Below, piece after piece: positions 10,058 to 19,826 of a stretch of DNA of 64,000 bases. The notes under the pieces are model-generated. The model made no database searches. It saw only the letters and a program-made list of their open reading frames with translations, and had not been told where the DNA came from. The position numbers and the translations under genes are program-made. Position 1 is the first letter of the stretch; every line of letters starts with the position of its first letter. Source of the DNA: Candidatus Micrarchaeia archaeon (lineage in GTDB: Archaea; Micrarchaeota; Micrarchaeia; CABMEP01); the NCBI GenBank assembly GCA_038881595.1, contig JAVZPM010000002.1, positions 1 to 64,000 on the forward strand, written 5' to 3'.

Positions 10058-10948
10058 ATGATACGTATCGTTGTCTTAGGTTCTGGAGCTGCTATTCCTT
10101 CCCCAGAAAGAAACCTTACCTCTATAGCACTAAAATATGAAGGTAAGGTATTTCTTTTTGATTGTGGAGAGGGAACCCAAAGACAGATGATGAAATATAA
10201 GATCAGCTATGCAAAGGTAAAAGCAATTCTAGTTTCTCATCTTCATGGAGACCATATATTTGGAATACCTGGATTACTATATACACTTTCAATAGATGAA
10301 ATTCCAAGAACCGAACCTTTACTTATAATTGGACCTAAAGGAACTGAAAAAAGAATAAGAGAACTTGTTTCAAAGGAAATTCCATTTTTGAAAATAGAAG
10401 AAGTTGATGAAGGCTGGAAGATGGATCTTGGTGATGCAGTTATTTATCCATTCAGAACTAAACACTCTGACAATGGTATTTCTTTGGGTTACGTTTTTGA
10501 GGAAAAAGAGGGGTTACGATTTGATAAGGAAAAGTGTGAGAAATTAGGAATAAAGGGAAGAATGTTTAAGCTTCTGGAAAATGAAAAAAGAATAACAGTG
10601 CATGGGAAAACAATTAATATAGAAGATGTTACACATAAGAAAAAAGGAAGAAAAATCGTTGTGTCAGGAGATACTGCCTACTGTGAGAATACAATAAAAA
10701 ATGCAAGAAATGCAGACATACTTTTCCATGAGGCAACTTTCATGGAGGATAAAAGAGATAAGGCAGATGAGGATTATCACTCTACCGTGCAAGATGCTGC
10801 AAGGGTTGCAAAAGAAGCAGATGTCAAAAAACTGGTTTTATATCATATTGGAAATAGATACACCGATGAAAAGGAAATAGAAAAAGAGGCAAAGCAAATT
10901 TTCCAAAACACAGTAATAGCAAAAGATGGTTTAGAAATACATATTTGA
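10058..10948 (+). CDS. rnz: Ribonuclease Z
   Basis: DCGEGTQRQ, SHLHGDH, exosite arm, SGDT, HEATF, HST. Confidence 0.95.
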   Translation: MIRIVVLGSGAAIPSPERNLTSIALKYEGKVFLFDCGEGTQRQMMKYKISYAKVKAILVSHLHGDHIFGIPGLLYTLSIDEIPRTEPLLIIGPKGTEKRIRELVSKEIPFLKIEEVDEGWKMDLGDAVIYPFRTKHSDNGISLGYVFEEKEGLRFDKEKCEKLGIKGRMFKLLENEKRITVHGKTINIEDVTHKKKGRKIVVSGDTAYCENTIKNARNADILFHEATFMEDKRDKADEDYHSTVQDAARVAKEADVKKLVLYHIGNRYTDEKEIEKEAKQIFQNTVIAKDGLEIHI

Positions 10949-11037
10949 TGAGATTAATTGTTAGTAAATTAAAAAAACACAAATTAAATAACGAACATTA
11001 TAAAATCAATAAAAAACAAAAAATAAATAAAAAGGAA

Positions 11038-11418
11038 TTAGGCCGCGGGCTCTTTAGGCTTTTCTTCTTTTACAATTTCGATTTTTGATCGAAGTGCGCG
11101 TAAAACACCAGCTGCACGAACTCTATTGAAGTTTGCGATTTCGTTAAGTACATCTGCTTCGATATCCTCTGGAAGTTTCTTTTCTTTTTGCCATAATTGC
11201 TGGCCTTTTTTTGCATCGCTGGTCTCTGCAATTATCGTGCCTTTTATTGTCATACTACCTGATTTTTGTTTGTATTCTATGAGGAAGGTGTATTTTATTT
11301 CAAGTATATCTTTTTTTGCCTTTACGCTATTAAGTTTGATTGTAATATTGCCACCTTCTTCCAGCTTCTCTTTTTCCTGCTTGAATTCAAAGTAATCTAT
11401 CTGGTGTTCACGTATCAT
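11038..11418 (-). CDS. Hypothetical archaeal protein, possibly arcadin-1/SecB-like fold
   Basis: Beta-rich segment LEIKYTFLIEY...GSMTIKGTII; ATG follows a GTGA SD. Confidence 0.5.
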   Translation of the reverse strand: MIREHQIDYFEFKQEKEKLEEGGNITIKLNSVKAKKDILEIKYTFLIEYKQKSGSMTIKGTIIAETSDAKKGQQLWQKEKKLPEDIEADVLNEIANFNRVRAAGVLRALRSKIEIVKEEKPKEPAA

Positions 11419-11449
11419 TTTTATCACGCCGTTAATTTTTGATTTTCAA

Positions 11450-11605
11450 TTATGCCTTTACGAATTTGAATACCTTTCCACCACATGCTGGGCAGGTTCC
11501 TACGAGCTGTGCCCTCTCTCCAGTCTTTGTCTTCAATGTCTTCTTCTCAAATTTGTCTACTTGAACCTTCTTTCTGCATTTCATGCAGTAAAATTCTTCT
11601 GCCAT
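11450..11605 (-). CDS. Small basic zinc-ribbon protein, DUF5679-like
   Basis: YCMKCRKK...GTCPACGGKVFKF; GGAGG SD before ATG 11605. Confidence 0.78.
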   Translation of the reverse strand: MAEEFYCMKCRKKVQVDKFEKKTLKTKTGERAQLVGTCPACGGKVFKFVKA

Positions 11606-11704
11606 ATAGATCCCTCCATCGTCTTTGCTAAAGATGAATGCATCAGACGTTAATATAACTATTGACAACTGATATCGGCAATTAAATTAATTTACTAGAA
11701 ATAT

Positions 11705-12364
11705 TCATATTCTTATAGAATCATCAGGTTTCATAATTATGACTTTTCCTCTTGAAACTCTTCTTGCAAAATCATTAACATCCTGGGTTATTCTTTCAAA
11801 TGTGTTATAATGTATTGGAATTATGTATTTAGCTCTAAAAAGCTTTGTTGAATTTGCAGCATCGAGGACATCCATTGTATAGCTTCCACCTATTGGAATC
11901 ATAGCATAATCAACATCTATCTGCATCATTTCATTGAATTGATAGGTGTCACCTGCATGATATATTTTTACCTTGTCATTGATTATATACCCAACCGGAT
12001 ATCTTGATTGAGGATGGGAAGCTTTGACAACAGTTATGTCTATTCCTCTAATCTGGAAGCTGTCACCAATTTCAACAGCTATCTTCTGCCTTTCGTTTAT
12101 TTCTACACAATTAATTACAGGCTTTGGACCTATTACAATTGCGTTTGTCCTTTCTGCAAGCTCTTTTATAATTATAGGATCACAATGATCTCTGTGCTCG
12201 TGTGTTATTAGTATAAGATCTGCCTTCTTTATTAGATGTGGTTTAAGAACAGGTATCTTTATATTTTCAGGTATGCCACTCCCGAAAAATGGGTCAATCA
12301 ATATCACTGTGTCATGCAGGGACAGTTCAAAACCAGAATGTCCAAGATATCTTATATAATCCAT
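11705..12364 (-). CDS. Metallo-beta-lactamase-fold hydrolase (UPF0173-like)
   Basis: LGHSGF, THEHRDH, YHAGDT, PIGG.YTM, PIHYNTF. Confidence 0.9.
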   Translation of the reverse strand: MDYIRYLGHSGFELSLHDTVILIDPFFGSGIPENIKIPVLKPHLIKKADLILITHEHRDHCDPIIIKELAERTNAIVIGPKPVINCVEINERQKIAVEIGDSFQIRGIDITVVKASHPQSRYPVGYIINDKVKIYHAGDTYQFNEMMQIDVDYAMIPIGGSYTMDVLDAANSTKLFRAKYIIPIHYNTFERITQDVNDFARRVSRGKVIIMKPDDSIRI

Positions 12365-12465
12365 TTCTATCCCCTGTTTCAGTTAAATACTGACATTATT
12401 AATGAAGGTATCTAAAATACATATATAACCCTTATATTTAAAATCCTACGTTATAATATACATTT

Positions 12466-13278
12466 ATGGACAAGGTTGTTAGATATTTATATATTTTACT
12501 GTTTGCATATCTTTTTGCATCTCTAGCGCACGCTGGATTTACAAGAACATTCATGACTATGCAGATTGTCATAAATGACGATGGGAGCGCGACAATAAGG
12601 AACGATATTCGTTTCTATATGGATTCTCAGGATTCTATAGATTTATACAAATTATCGTTAAAAACAACAAATGATATTGCAGGATGGAGACAGAGATTAG
12701 GATTGAACGACATAAGATATTATGTTGATACTTCAAAGGTTCAGATTGAAAAAGTCACGATACAGGCATATTCACCAGATACTTGTAACTTTGATCAGAC
12801 AGCCTGTTATGGAACTCTCTCATACGAATATAGGATTAAACCTCCAACCAATCAAACAGGATTAGTTAGTATAGAGAAATATATTAAACCAAGAGTAATA
12901 AGATATTCATTGAATACAGATGTGTTGTCATTTGAGACGTCAGCAGTAGGAGAGAAATACATTCCTGAAAGAACTTCTGTAGAAATAGTTATTCCTTCCG
13001 ATTCTATAAATATAAAGATGTCACCTATGCCAGTTGAATATATAGATACGATTCCTAAAGGTGCAAATAAATTTACATGGCAAGGAAGATTGGTTTTGAC
13101 AAATTCAGAGCTTATTTTTGAGAGAAAGGTTTCCCTTATGACAGAGGTTTTAGAATTCTTCAACAATTTATTTTCAACCATAAACACATGGGTATTCTCA
13201 TTGCAAGGAATAATTCTAATAGTATCAATAGTAATGATCTGGGTAGGATATTATCTTTTGAAGCAACAAACAAAGTAG
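12466..13278 (+). CDS. Secreted, C-terminally membrane-anchored hypothetical protein
   Basis: Signal peptide ending AHA and a C-terminal TM helix. Confidence 0.65.
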   Translation: MDKVVRYLYILLFAYLFASLAHAGFTRTFMTMQIVINDDGSATIRNDIRFYMDSQDSIDLYKLSLKTTNDIAGWRQRLGLNDIRYYVDTSKVQIEKVTIQAYSPDTCNFDQTACYGTLSYEYRIKPPTNQTGLVSIEKYIKPRVIRYSLNTDVLSFETSAVGEKYIPERTSVEIVIPSDSINIKMSPMPVEYIDTIPKGANKFTWQGRLVLTNSELIFERKVSLMTEVLEFFNNLFSTINTWVFSLQGIILIVSIVMIWVGYYLLKQQTK

Positions 13279-13290
13279 TAAGGTGAAACA

Positions 13291-14736
13291 ATGCAAGATA
13301 AAAGAATAGATTTGGATTCTCTTCATCAACATGAAATAAAGCTGCTTGCAGCGTTGACAAAAAACAAAGAAGAAATAGATTCAATATCAAGACGGCTAGG
13401 GATAAATAAGGATGCGCTTGTAAGATCTGCTTTTGTACTTAAGGAATTAGGGCTTGCAGAGATAATTGAAGAATCAAAAAAAAGATATTCACTTACAGAT
13501 GAAGGAAAATTAAACCTTAAAGAAGGATTTCCAGAAGAAAGACTGCTTAGCAAAGACAACGTTCCTGTGTCTTCTTTAAGTGAAGATGAGAAGAGGATCG
13601 GGCTTCAATGGGCGCTCAAGAATGGTTGGATAAAGATAATAGATGGCAAGATTAAGGTCATATCAAAACCTCATAAGTATGATCTCAGATCCAAGCTAGA
13701 ATTAATCTCAGAAGGAAAGGGAGCAGATGAAAAAGATATTAAGATTCTTCTTCAAAGAAAAAATATAGAGGAAAGCACAGATAAGAAACTCTTCGTAATG
13801 GCCACGGATTTGGGATTAGAATCCATTCCTTTGATTATGGATAGGTTAGAAAAAGAAGAAATAAACGAGCTAGATCATTCTCTTATTGTTTCAGGGAAAT
13901 GGAGAAACGCATCTTTCAGAAAATACAATCTAAGGCTAAAGGTTGAAAGAGCAAAGAAAGGTGCATTTCATCCTGTGAATGAATACATAAGACAGATAAG
14001 AGAAATATTTGTAAGTATGGGATTCGAGGAAATGACAGGGCCAGAAGTGGAATCTGCATTTTGGGATTTCGATGCATTATTTACCCCTCAAGATCATCCA
14101 GCAAGAGAAATGCAAGATACATTCTATCTTGAGAATCCTTCAGAATTTGAATATCCATTAGATGTTGCAGAGCGAGTAAGAGAGGTGCAGGAAAAGGCAT
14201 GGAAATACAAATGGAATTCTGACATTCCAAAGCAAGCAGTTCTAAGAACCCATACCACTACGCTTTCTGCACACAAGCTTGTTTCTCTCAGAAAAGGAAA
14301 AAGAAGCAAACCTGGAAAGTTTTTTGCTATAGGAAGGGTTTATAGAAACGAGGCAACAGACTTCAAGCATCTTGCAGAGTTCTATCAGATAGAAGGGATT
14401 GTAGCATGGAAGAATGCAAACTTCAGGCACCTTCTTGGAGTGCTGAGTGCATTCTATGAAAAGCAAGATATAAAGATAAGATTCAGACCACACTATTTCC
14501 CATATACCGAACCTTCTGTAGAGATAGACAGATGGGATGAAAAAAGAAACCAATGGATTGAGCTTGCAGGAGCGGGAATACTCAGGCCCGAAGTTTCAAT
14601 TCCATTATGGGGCTCGTATCCAGTTCTTGCTTGGGGGATGTCTCTTGAAAGGCCTCTGATGCATAAGCTTTCATTGAAGGACATCAGAACTCCATATCAA
14701 AATGACATTTACTGGATAGCTGATTCACAGATATAA
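13291..14736 (+). CDS. pheS: Phenylalanyl-tRNA synthetase alpha subunit
   Basis: PQDHPAREMQDTFY, LRTHTT, RVYRNE, FPYTEPS; archaeal N-terminal wHTH domains. Confidence 0.96.
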   Translation: MQDKRIDLDSLHQHEIKLLAALTKNKEEIDSISRRLGINKDALVRSAFVLKELGLAEIIEESKKRYSLTDEGKLNLKEGFPEERLLSKDNVPVSSLSEDEKRIGLQWALKNGWIKIIDGKIKVISKPHKYDLRSKLELISEGKGADEKDIKILLQRKNIEESTDKKLFVMATDLGLESIPLIMDRLEKEEINELDHSLIVSGKWRNASFRKYNLRLKVERAKKGAFHPVNEYIRQIREIFVSMGFEEMTGPEVESAFWDFDALFTPQDHPAREMQDTFYLENPSEFEYPLDVAERVREVQEKAWKYKWNSDIPKQAVLRTHTTTLSAHKLVSLRKGKRSKPGKFFAIGRVYRNEATDFKHLAEFYQIEGIVAWKNANFRHLLGVLSAFYEKQDIKIRFRPHYFPYTEPSVEIDRWDEKRNQWIELAGAGILRPEVSIPLWGSYPVLAWGMSLERPLMHKLSLKDIRTPYQNDIYWIADSQI

Positions 14737-14778
14737 TTTAGATGAACGTTCATTGAATTCATAAAAATGAGTGATTAT

Positions 14779-16464
14779 ATGGCAACCATTTCATTCAGAA
14801 AAAATGAACTTGTGCGTTTTATCGGCAAAGAGGTATCACCTCAGGAAATAGCACATTCATTTGAAATGCTTGGGATGCCTGTAGACAAGTATGATGAAGA
14901 AGAAATAATCGCGGACATAACGAATGATAGAGTTGACATGTTCACAGTAGAAGGGGCAGGTAGGGCAATAGGTCAGTTTCTTGGGGTTTTCGGTCCAAAA
15001 GAATACAAGACTTCAAAATCAGAACTAGTTCTTCATGTTGAAAATGTAGAATGCAGGCCATACGTGGTTGCATTTGTAGCAAAAAATGTGAAGATTGACG
15101 ATGAAATGATACGCTCCCTTATAATGGCTCAGGAAAAGATACACGAGACATTTGGGAGAAAAAGAAGAAAGATCGCAATAGGAATACACGATGCAGACAA
15201 AGTCGAAGGGCCATTATATTACAGACAGGTAGAAGATATAAAATTCATCCCGCTGGATACATCTAAAGAAATGAGTATTCAGGAAATATTAAGCAGCCAT
15301 CCTAAAGGTCAGGAATATGCACACATATTCAATAATGTAAATCAGTATCCAATGTTCATGGATAAGAAAGGTGTTTTATCATTCCCACCAATAATAAATT
15401 CAGAAAGGACAAGGTTAACTGAAAATACAAGAAACCTTCTTTTTGATATAACTGGAACATCTGAACATGCAATTAGACTGGTAGCAAACATCTTTGCAAC
15501 ATCCCTTGCAGATAGAGGGGCATTAATAGAAGATGTAGAAATAATAACAAATGGCTTGAGAAGAAATAGTCTTGATTACGAAAGAAAAGAGAAATTGTCT
15601 ATTAAATTTGCAAATAAAGTTTTAGGTGTTAAATTCAAGCCAGAAGAAATAATTTCGCTTCTTTCCAGAATGGGTTTTAAATCAAATTTATCAACAAAGA
15701 AAGATGAATTGATCATAGATGTACCACCTTATAGAGCAGACATAATGCACGAGGTTGATTTTGTAGAGGATATTGCAGTTGCATATGGCTATGATAAATT
15801 CAAACCTAAGCTTCCGAATTTAACTACAAATGGTTCAATTTCTCCTCAGTCAAAGATTGACCAGAAAGTCAGGGAAATGATGGTTGCACTACAATTTATA
15901 GAGACAAATTCTTGGACATTAACAAATGAAGATACTATGAGGAAGGCATTGATCGAGAAGAAGGCAGTAAAGATCAAGAACCCAAGAACGCAGGATTTCA
16001 CCATATTCAGAACAGACATCACACCTTCTTTGCTCAATATACTTTCAGAAAACAAAACTAAAGGTCTGCCTTTGAAGATATTTGAAGTAGGTAGGGTTGC
16101 AGATGAAAAAGGAAATTGCTATACAAATCTCTGCTGTGCTATAATGGGAGAAAATGCAGATTTCAGTCAGATTGCAACAGTTCTATTTGAGATAAAACGT
16201 TTTGCCAATGTTTCAGAAGTTTACCCTGACGAATTAAAAACAGATAAAAAATCAGATAATAATAAAATTCAAGCAAATAATTTCAAGCATTTAATAGATG
16301 GTAGATATATATTTATAAAAAATGTTGAAGATGGAAAGATATGTGGTTGGGCTGGGGAAATCCATCCACAAGTTCTTGAAAACTTCAAGTTGGAATATCC
16401 AGTTGTAATGATGGAATTCAGGCTGCAGCCTAGAGAAGACAAAAAGAAAAGGAAGTATCAATAA
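14779..16464 (+). CDS. pheT: Phenylalanyl-tRNA synthetase beta subunit
   Basis: DR.DM, GRKRRKIAIGIHD, SFPPIINS, PPYRADIMH..D..EDIA..YGY, GEIHP. Confidence 0.95.
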   Translation: MATISFRKNELVRFIGKEVSPQEIAHSFEMLGMPVDKYDEEEIIADITNDRVDMFTVEGAGRAIGQFLGVFGPKEYKTSKSELVLHVENVECRPYVVAFVAKNVKIDDEMIRSLIMAQEKIHETFGRKRRKIAIGIHDADKVEGPLYYRQVEDIKFIPLDTSKEMSIQEILSSHPKGQEYAHIFNNVNQYPMFMDKKGVLSFPPIINSERTRLTENTRNLLFDITGTSEHAIRLVANIFATSLADRGALIEDVEIITNGLRRNSLDYERKEKLSIKFANKVLGVKFKPEEIISLLSRMGFKSNLSTKKDELIIDVPPYRADIMHEVDFVEDIAVAYGYDKFKPKLPNLTTNGSISPQSKIDQKVREMMVALQFIETNSWTLTNEDTMRKALIEKKAVKIKNPRTQDFTIFRTDITPSLLNILSENKTKGLPLKIFEVGRVADEKGNCYTNLCCAIMGENADFSQIATVLFEIKRFANVSEVYPDELKTDKKSDNNKIQANNFKHLIDGRYIFIKNVEDGKICGWAGEIHPQVLENFKLEYPVVMMEFRLQPREDKKKRKYQ

Positions 16465-16569
16465 TCTCTTTATTTTATCTAATCTCTTTATTTTATTCAT
16501 TTTTTATTTATTTTTATTTTTTACTTCTGAAATAGATATTTTTTAAAATATTATTGCTTAAATCATTCC

Positions 16570-17022
16570 ATGCACAGAGTAAGAAAGTTCATAGTTTTAC
16601 CTACAAAAAAAGAAAATGCTAAGAAAGAGATTGAAGAGCTTCTTAAAGAAGCAAAGCTTCCATACCAGAAAATAGAGGAAGAGTTGATAGGAAACTCTCC
16701 AATAATTTGGATTACATCTCCAGAAGAAAAAAAGATCATTTCTTTCTTCAAAAAAAGAAATATGAAAGCTTTTCCTTCTAATACTTCAATTGTAAAACTA
16801 AAAGATAAACCTGGTGAAGTTGCAAAAATAGCAAGAATTCTTGTTTCTTCTGGTCTGGAAGTTGAAGATGCACATTTAATACTAAAGAGTAAATCGACAG
16901 CACTATACGGTATAATTACAAATAAACCAGCAGAGGCAGATAGACTTATACAGAAAATAGTTAAATCTTTACAAGAAACAGAAGAAGAGGATGTTCAAGA
17001 ACAGCCATCACAAGATTATTAG
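16570..17022 (+). CDS. ACT-domain-like protein
   Basis: VKLKDKPGEVAKIARIL is an ACT signature. Confidence 0.6.
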   Translation: MHRVRKFIVLPTKKENAKKEIEELLKEAKLPYQKIEEELIGNSPIIWITSPEEKKIISFFKKRNMKAFPSNTSIVKLKDKPGEVAKIARILVSSGLEVEDAHLILKSKSTALYGIITNKPAEADRLIQKIVKSLQETEEEDVQEQPSQDY

Positions 17023-17054
17023 ATATATATCGCTACACTTTAAATTCAATCCAT

Positions 17055-18161
17055 TTAATCATTTAAATTATCTACTTTTATTTTAATGCCGTTTTTTACT
17101 ATTTCAAGTCTATTTTCTTTTAGAAATTTTTCCATTTCATTTTTATCTTTTCTGCTCTTTATCTCTTTATATTTTTTAATTAGTTCGGTTATTTCATACG
17201 CATGTTTTATTATCCATTCTCCCTTTTCTTTTTCCTCTTTTATTTGGATTTCAAGTTCTTTTAACCTTTCTTCTTGGTGATTTAATCGATTAAGTAGGCG
17301 ATTAATTCTTTTTGTTTTTTCAATTTCTTGTAGAGACCTCATTTCTGAATCATATGCTTCTTCAAACGCCTTAAATAGATCCGTTTCTTTATAATTCTCA
17401 ATTTTTCCTATAAATCTTTCATCTACTAAAAATATTTCTCCATCTTTTAATATAGGTTTTATCTTATTATTTAATAAGTTATAATAAAACTCTTCTATTC
17501 TATAAGCAATTTTTTCTTTTTCATTGTCATTAAATTCAATAATTTTCTTTTTTGGATCCCATCCTTCAGATTCAAATATCTTATTTAAATAAAAGGCGGG
17601 AAATTGAATGTTTCTACTTATTGCGACAACAATCTTTTCATTCTGTAACTCTGGTTTTTTTAGTATTTGCATTATTAGTTCTTTTTTAATCTCTTTTTTT
17701 TCGTTTTTTGGTGCAAAGTATTCTTTTCCTATTTCGAGTATTCGTTCTTTTTCCTCAATTTTGAATTTAATATTCTTTATTTTTCCTTCTGAAATTAAAA
17801 TTAAATTTCCTTTTTTAGTGCATTCAAAAATTATCGATCCATTTTCAAATCCTAATTCAATTATTCTGTCATTATTTAACTGTCTGATATATTTTATGAT
17901 TTTATTTAGTAATAAATTTTTTAGAGAAATTGCAAATGGAGTGGGTTCAGGTTCTATCTTTTCTCTGTCTCTCAAAAATAGATATCTTGGTGGTAGAAAT
18001 ATTAAGTCTTTTTTTCCTTCTTTCAGCTTGAATCTAAAAATAAATTTTGTATCTAAATCGTAAAACTGATCTAGTCTTGCATGATTTTGGACGAGCTCTT
18101 TTTCTATTTTATTTATTATAAATAAAATATCAAGGTTAGTAAGTTCTCTTTGCAAGATCAT
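17055..18161 (-). CDS. NFACT/Rqc2 (FbpA) N-terminal-half homolog
   Basis: LTNLDI N-terminus, P..FAISL, IRQLNNDRIIEL, GNLIL, R.L..G.EY..P, then coiled coil. Confidence 0.7.
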   Translation of the reverse strand: MILQRELTNLDILFIINKIEKELVQNHARLDQFYDLDTKFIFRFKLKEGKKDLIFLPPRYLFLRDREKIEPEPTPFAISLKNLLLNKIIKYIRQLNNDRIIELGFENGSIIFECTKKGNLILISEGKIKNIKFKIEEKERILEIGKEYFAPKNEKKEIKKELIMQILKKPELQNEKIVVAISRNIQFPAFYLNKIFESEGWDPKKKIIEFNDNEKEKIAYRIEEFYYNLLNNKIKPILKDGEIFLVDERFIGKIENYKETDLFKAFEEAYDSEMRSLQEIEKTKRINRLLNRLNHQEERLKELEIQIKEEKEKGEWIIKHAYEITELIKKYKEIKSRKDKNEMEKFLKENRLEIVKNGIKIKVDNLND

Positions 18162-18216
18162 AATTTCACTTGGTGTTTTTTATATATAAAAAATAAAAAA
18201 GATGGTTTTTAGTTTT

Positions 18217-19395
18217 TCACTGAAGAAGCATGCTTTCAACAGTTCTTTTTATCCAATCTTTAGAATAAAGAAGCCTAATCAGAGTTGAATGCCCTCTTAT
18301 TCCCTTACCTGAACCTATAGTTTCTACTAGACCTAAGGCTTCTAGTTCTTTTACATATTCTTTACACCATCTTGAAGATCTTACCTCTCTTCCTAATTCT
18401 TTACACGTTTTCTTGTATGCTTCATATAACTCTCCCATCATGAAGTATTCTCCATTTTCCTCATTTAATTTCTGATATTTACTTCCATGAATAGATAGTA
18501 AAGCAAGAGAATAAAGAACAAGCTGTTGGTGTTCTGGGAGGGTTGCTACCGCTTCAGATACAAGATCTTTTTCTACACTCTTTCTTGCCTCTTCTACATG
18601 TTTATACGTTACTACATCGTCTTTTTTCTCATCTGCTATCTCACCAGCATACATAAGCAGTTTTAAAGCATATCTAGCATCCCCAGTTTCTCTTGCTGCA
18701 ATTGCAGCTGCAAGATTTATTGCAGACATATCGCATGCATTTTCATTAAAACCTAGATTCGCCCTGTAAGTAAGAATCTCCTTTAACTGTTCTGAATTAT
18801 ATGGCGGGAATACAACTTCCGACTCTAATAATGCACTTTTGCTTCTGTTGTCGAGCTGGTTCTTAAATGATATTTTATTTGATATACCAATAATTGATAT
18901 TCCACCACTCTTCAATTCATCATTTGCTCTTGTTAGAGTGTAAATAAGTTCATTAAGGTCCTTTATGATATCAATTTCATCTAGCACAATTATTAGGAAT
19001 TTATTTCCGTTGTTTATCCAACTCATTATTCTTTCGTAAAAATGTGAAGGTGGAAATCCGTTCTTTGAGAAACCAACTATATCATTAGCAAGTTTTTGAA
19101 GAATTTTATACCTTGTATTATACATTCTGCAATTAATATAATTTATAACGCCATTCGATGGCAATTCCTTAAATTGTTTCATTACATATTTTACAGAGGA
19201 AGTTTTTCCAGTTCCAGTTTTTCCATATATAAATATGTTATTAGGTCGCTTGTTCTTAAAAACAGGAGCCATAACCCTCATGATCTTTTCAATTTCCTTT
19301 TCTCTGTGTATTATCTTTTCAGGAAGATAGTGTGGTGAAAGCGCATCTTTGTTTATAAAGACAGATTTTTCAGCTAAGATATCTTTGAAGTTCAA
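18217..19395 (-). CDS. cdc6: Orc1/Cdc6 replication initiator
   Basis: YLPEKIIHRE, GKTGTGKT, IVLDEID, FPPY, GDARYA, C-terminal wHTH; TTG start after GGTGA. Confidence 0.96.
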   Translation of the reverse strand: MNFKDILAEKSVFINKDALSPHYLPEKIIHREKEIEKIMRVMAPVFKNKRPNNIFIYGKTGTGKTSSVKYVMKQFKELPSNGVINYINCRMYNTRYKILQKLANDIVGFSKNGFPPSHFYERIMSWINNGNKFLIIVLDEIDIIKDLNELIYTLTRANDELKSGGISIIGISNKISFKNQLDNRSKSALLESEVVFPPYNSEQLKEILTYRANLGFNENACDMSAINLAAAIAARETGDARYALKLLMYAGEIADEKKDDVVTYKHVEEARKSVEKDLVSEAVATLPEHQQLVLYSLALLSIHGSKYQKLNEENGEYFMMGELYEAYKKTCKELGREVRSSRWCKEYVKELEALGLVETIGSGKGIRGHSTLIRLLYSKDWIKRTVESMLLQ

Positions 19396-19826
19396 GTGCT
19401 CACCTCTTCAAAAACAGTGTAGGTATGGCTATTAATCTGAAGTTTATGCACTTTGTGAAGCTGTTCCACTTCCATTATTCAATTTTCAGTATCCTATCCT
19501 AGTCTCCCACAACCCTAAGAAAGGATACGAAGACGATTCGCTGCAATTTTTTAATTTTATTTCTGTTTTTTTTCTCCCACACTGTTTATGATAAAAAAAT
19601 TTTTTGCTATTTTTGTTTTTGAAAAGAAATATATAAAAAGCTATTTGTGAAAAAAAGTTTGTAAGAAGTAAAAATTTTTGAAAAAAATTTCACTTTTGCA
19701 CAAAAATCTGGTCATATCTTGAACTCATGATAAGTTAAGCATTTAAATTTTACTTCTGTAAATGTGTTTAATAATTGTTAATCGATTTATAAAAATATCA
19801 TTTTTATTTTTGAAAAAGGTGATTTT
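19396..19826. other. Candidate replication origin / divergent promoter region
   Basis: About 430 bp non-coding between divergent cdc6 and pcn; inverted 12-mer, direct TCTCCCACA repeat and AT-rich tract. Confidence 0.5.

Noticed and set aside
19200..19225. TTTCCAGTTCCAGTTTTTCC resembling an ORB
   Set aside because: It is the reverse complement of the Cdc6 Walker A codons (GKTGTGK)
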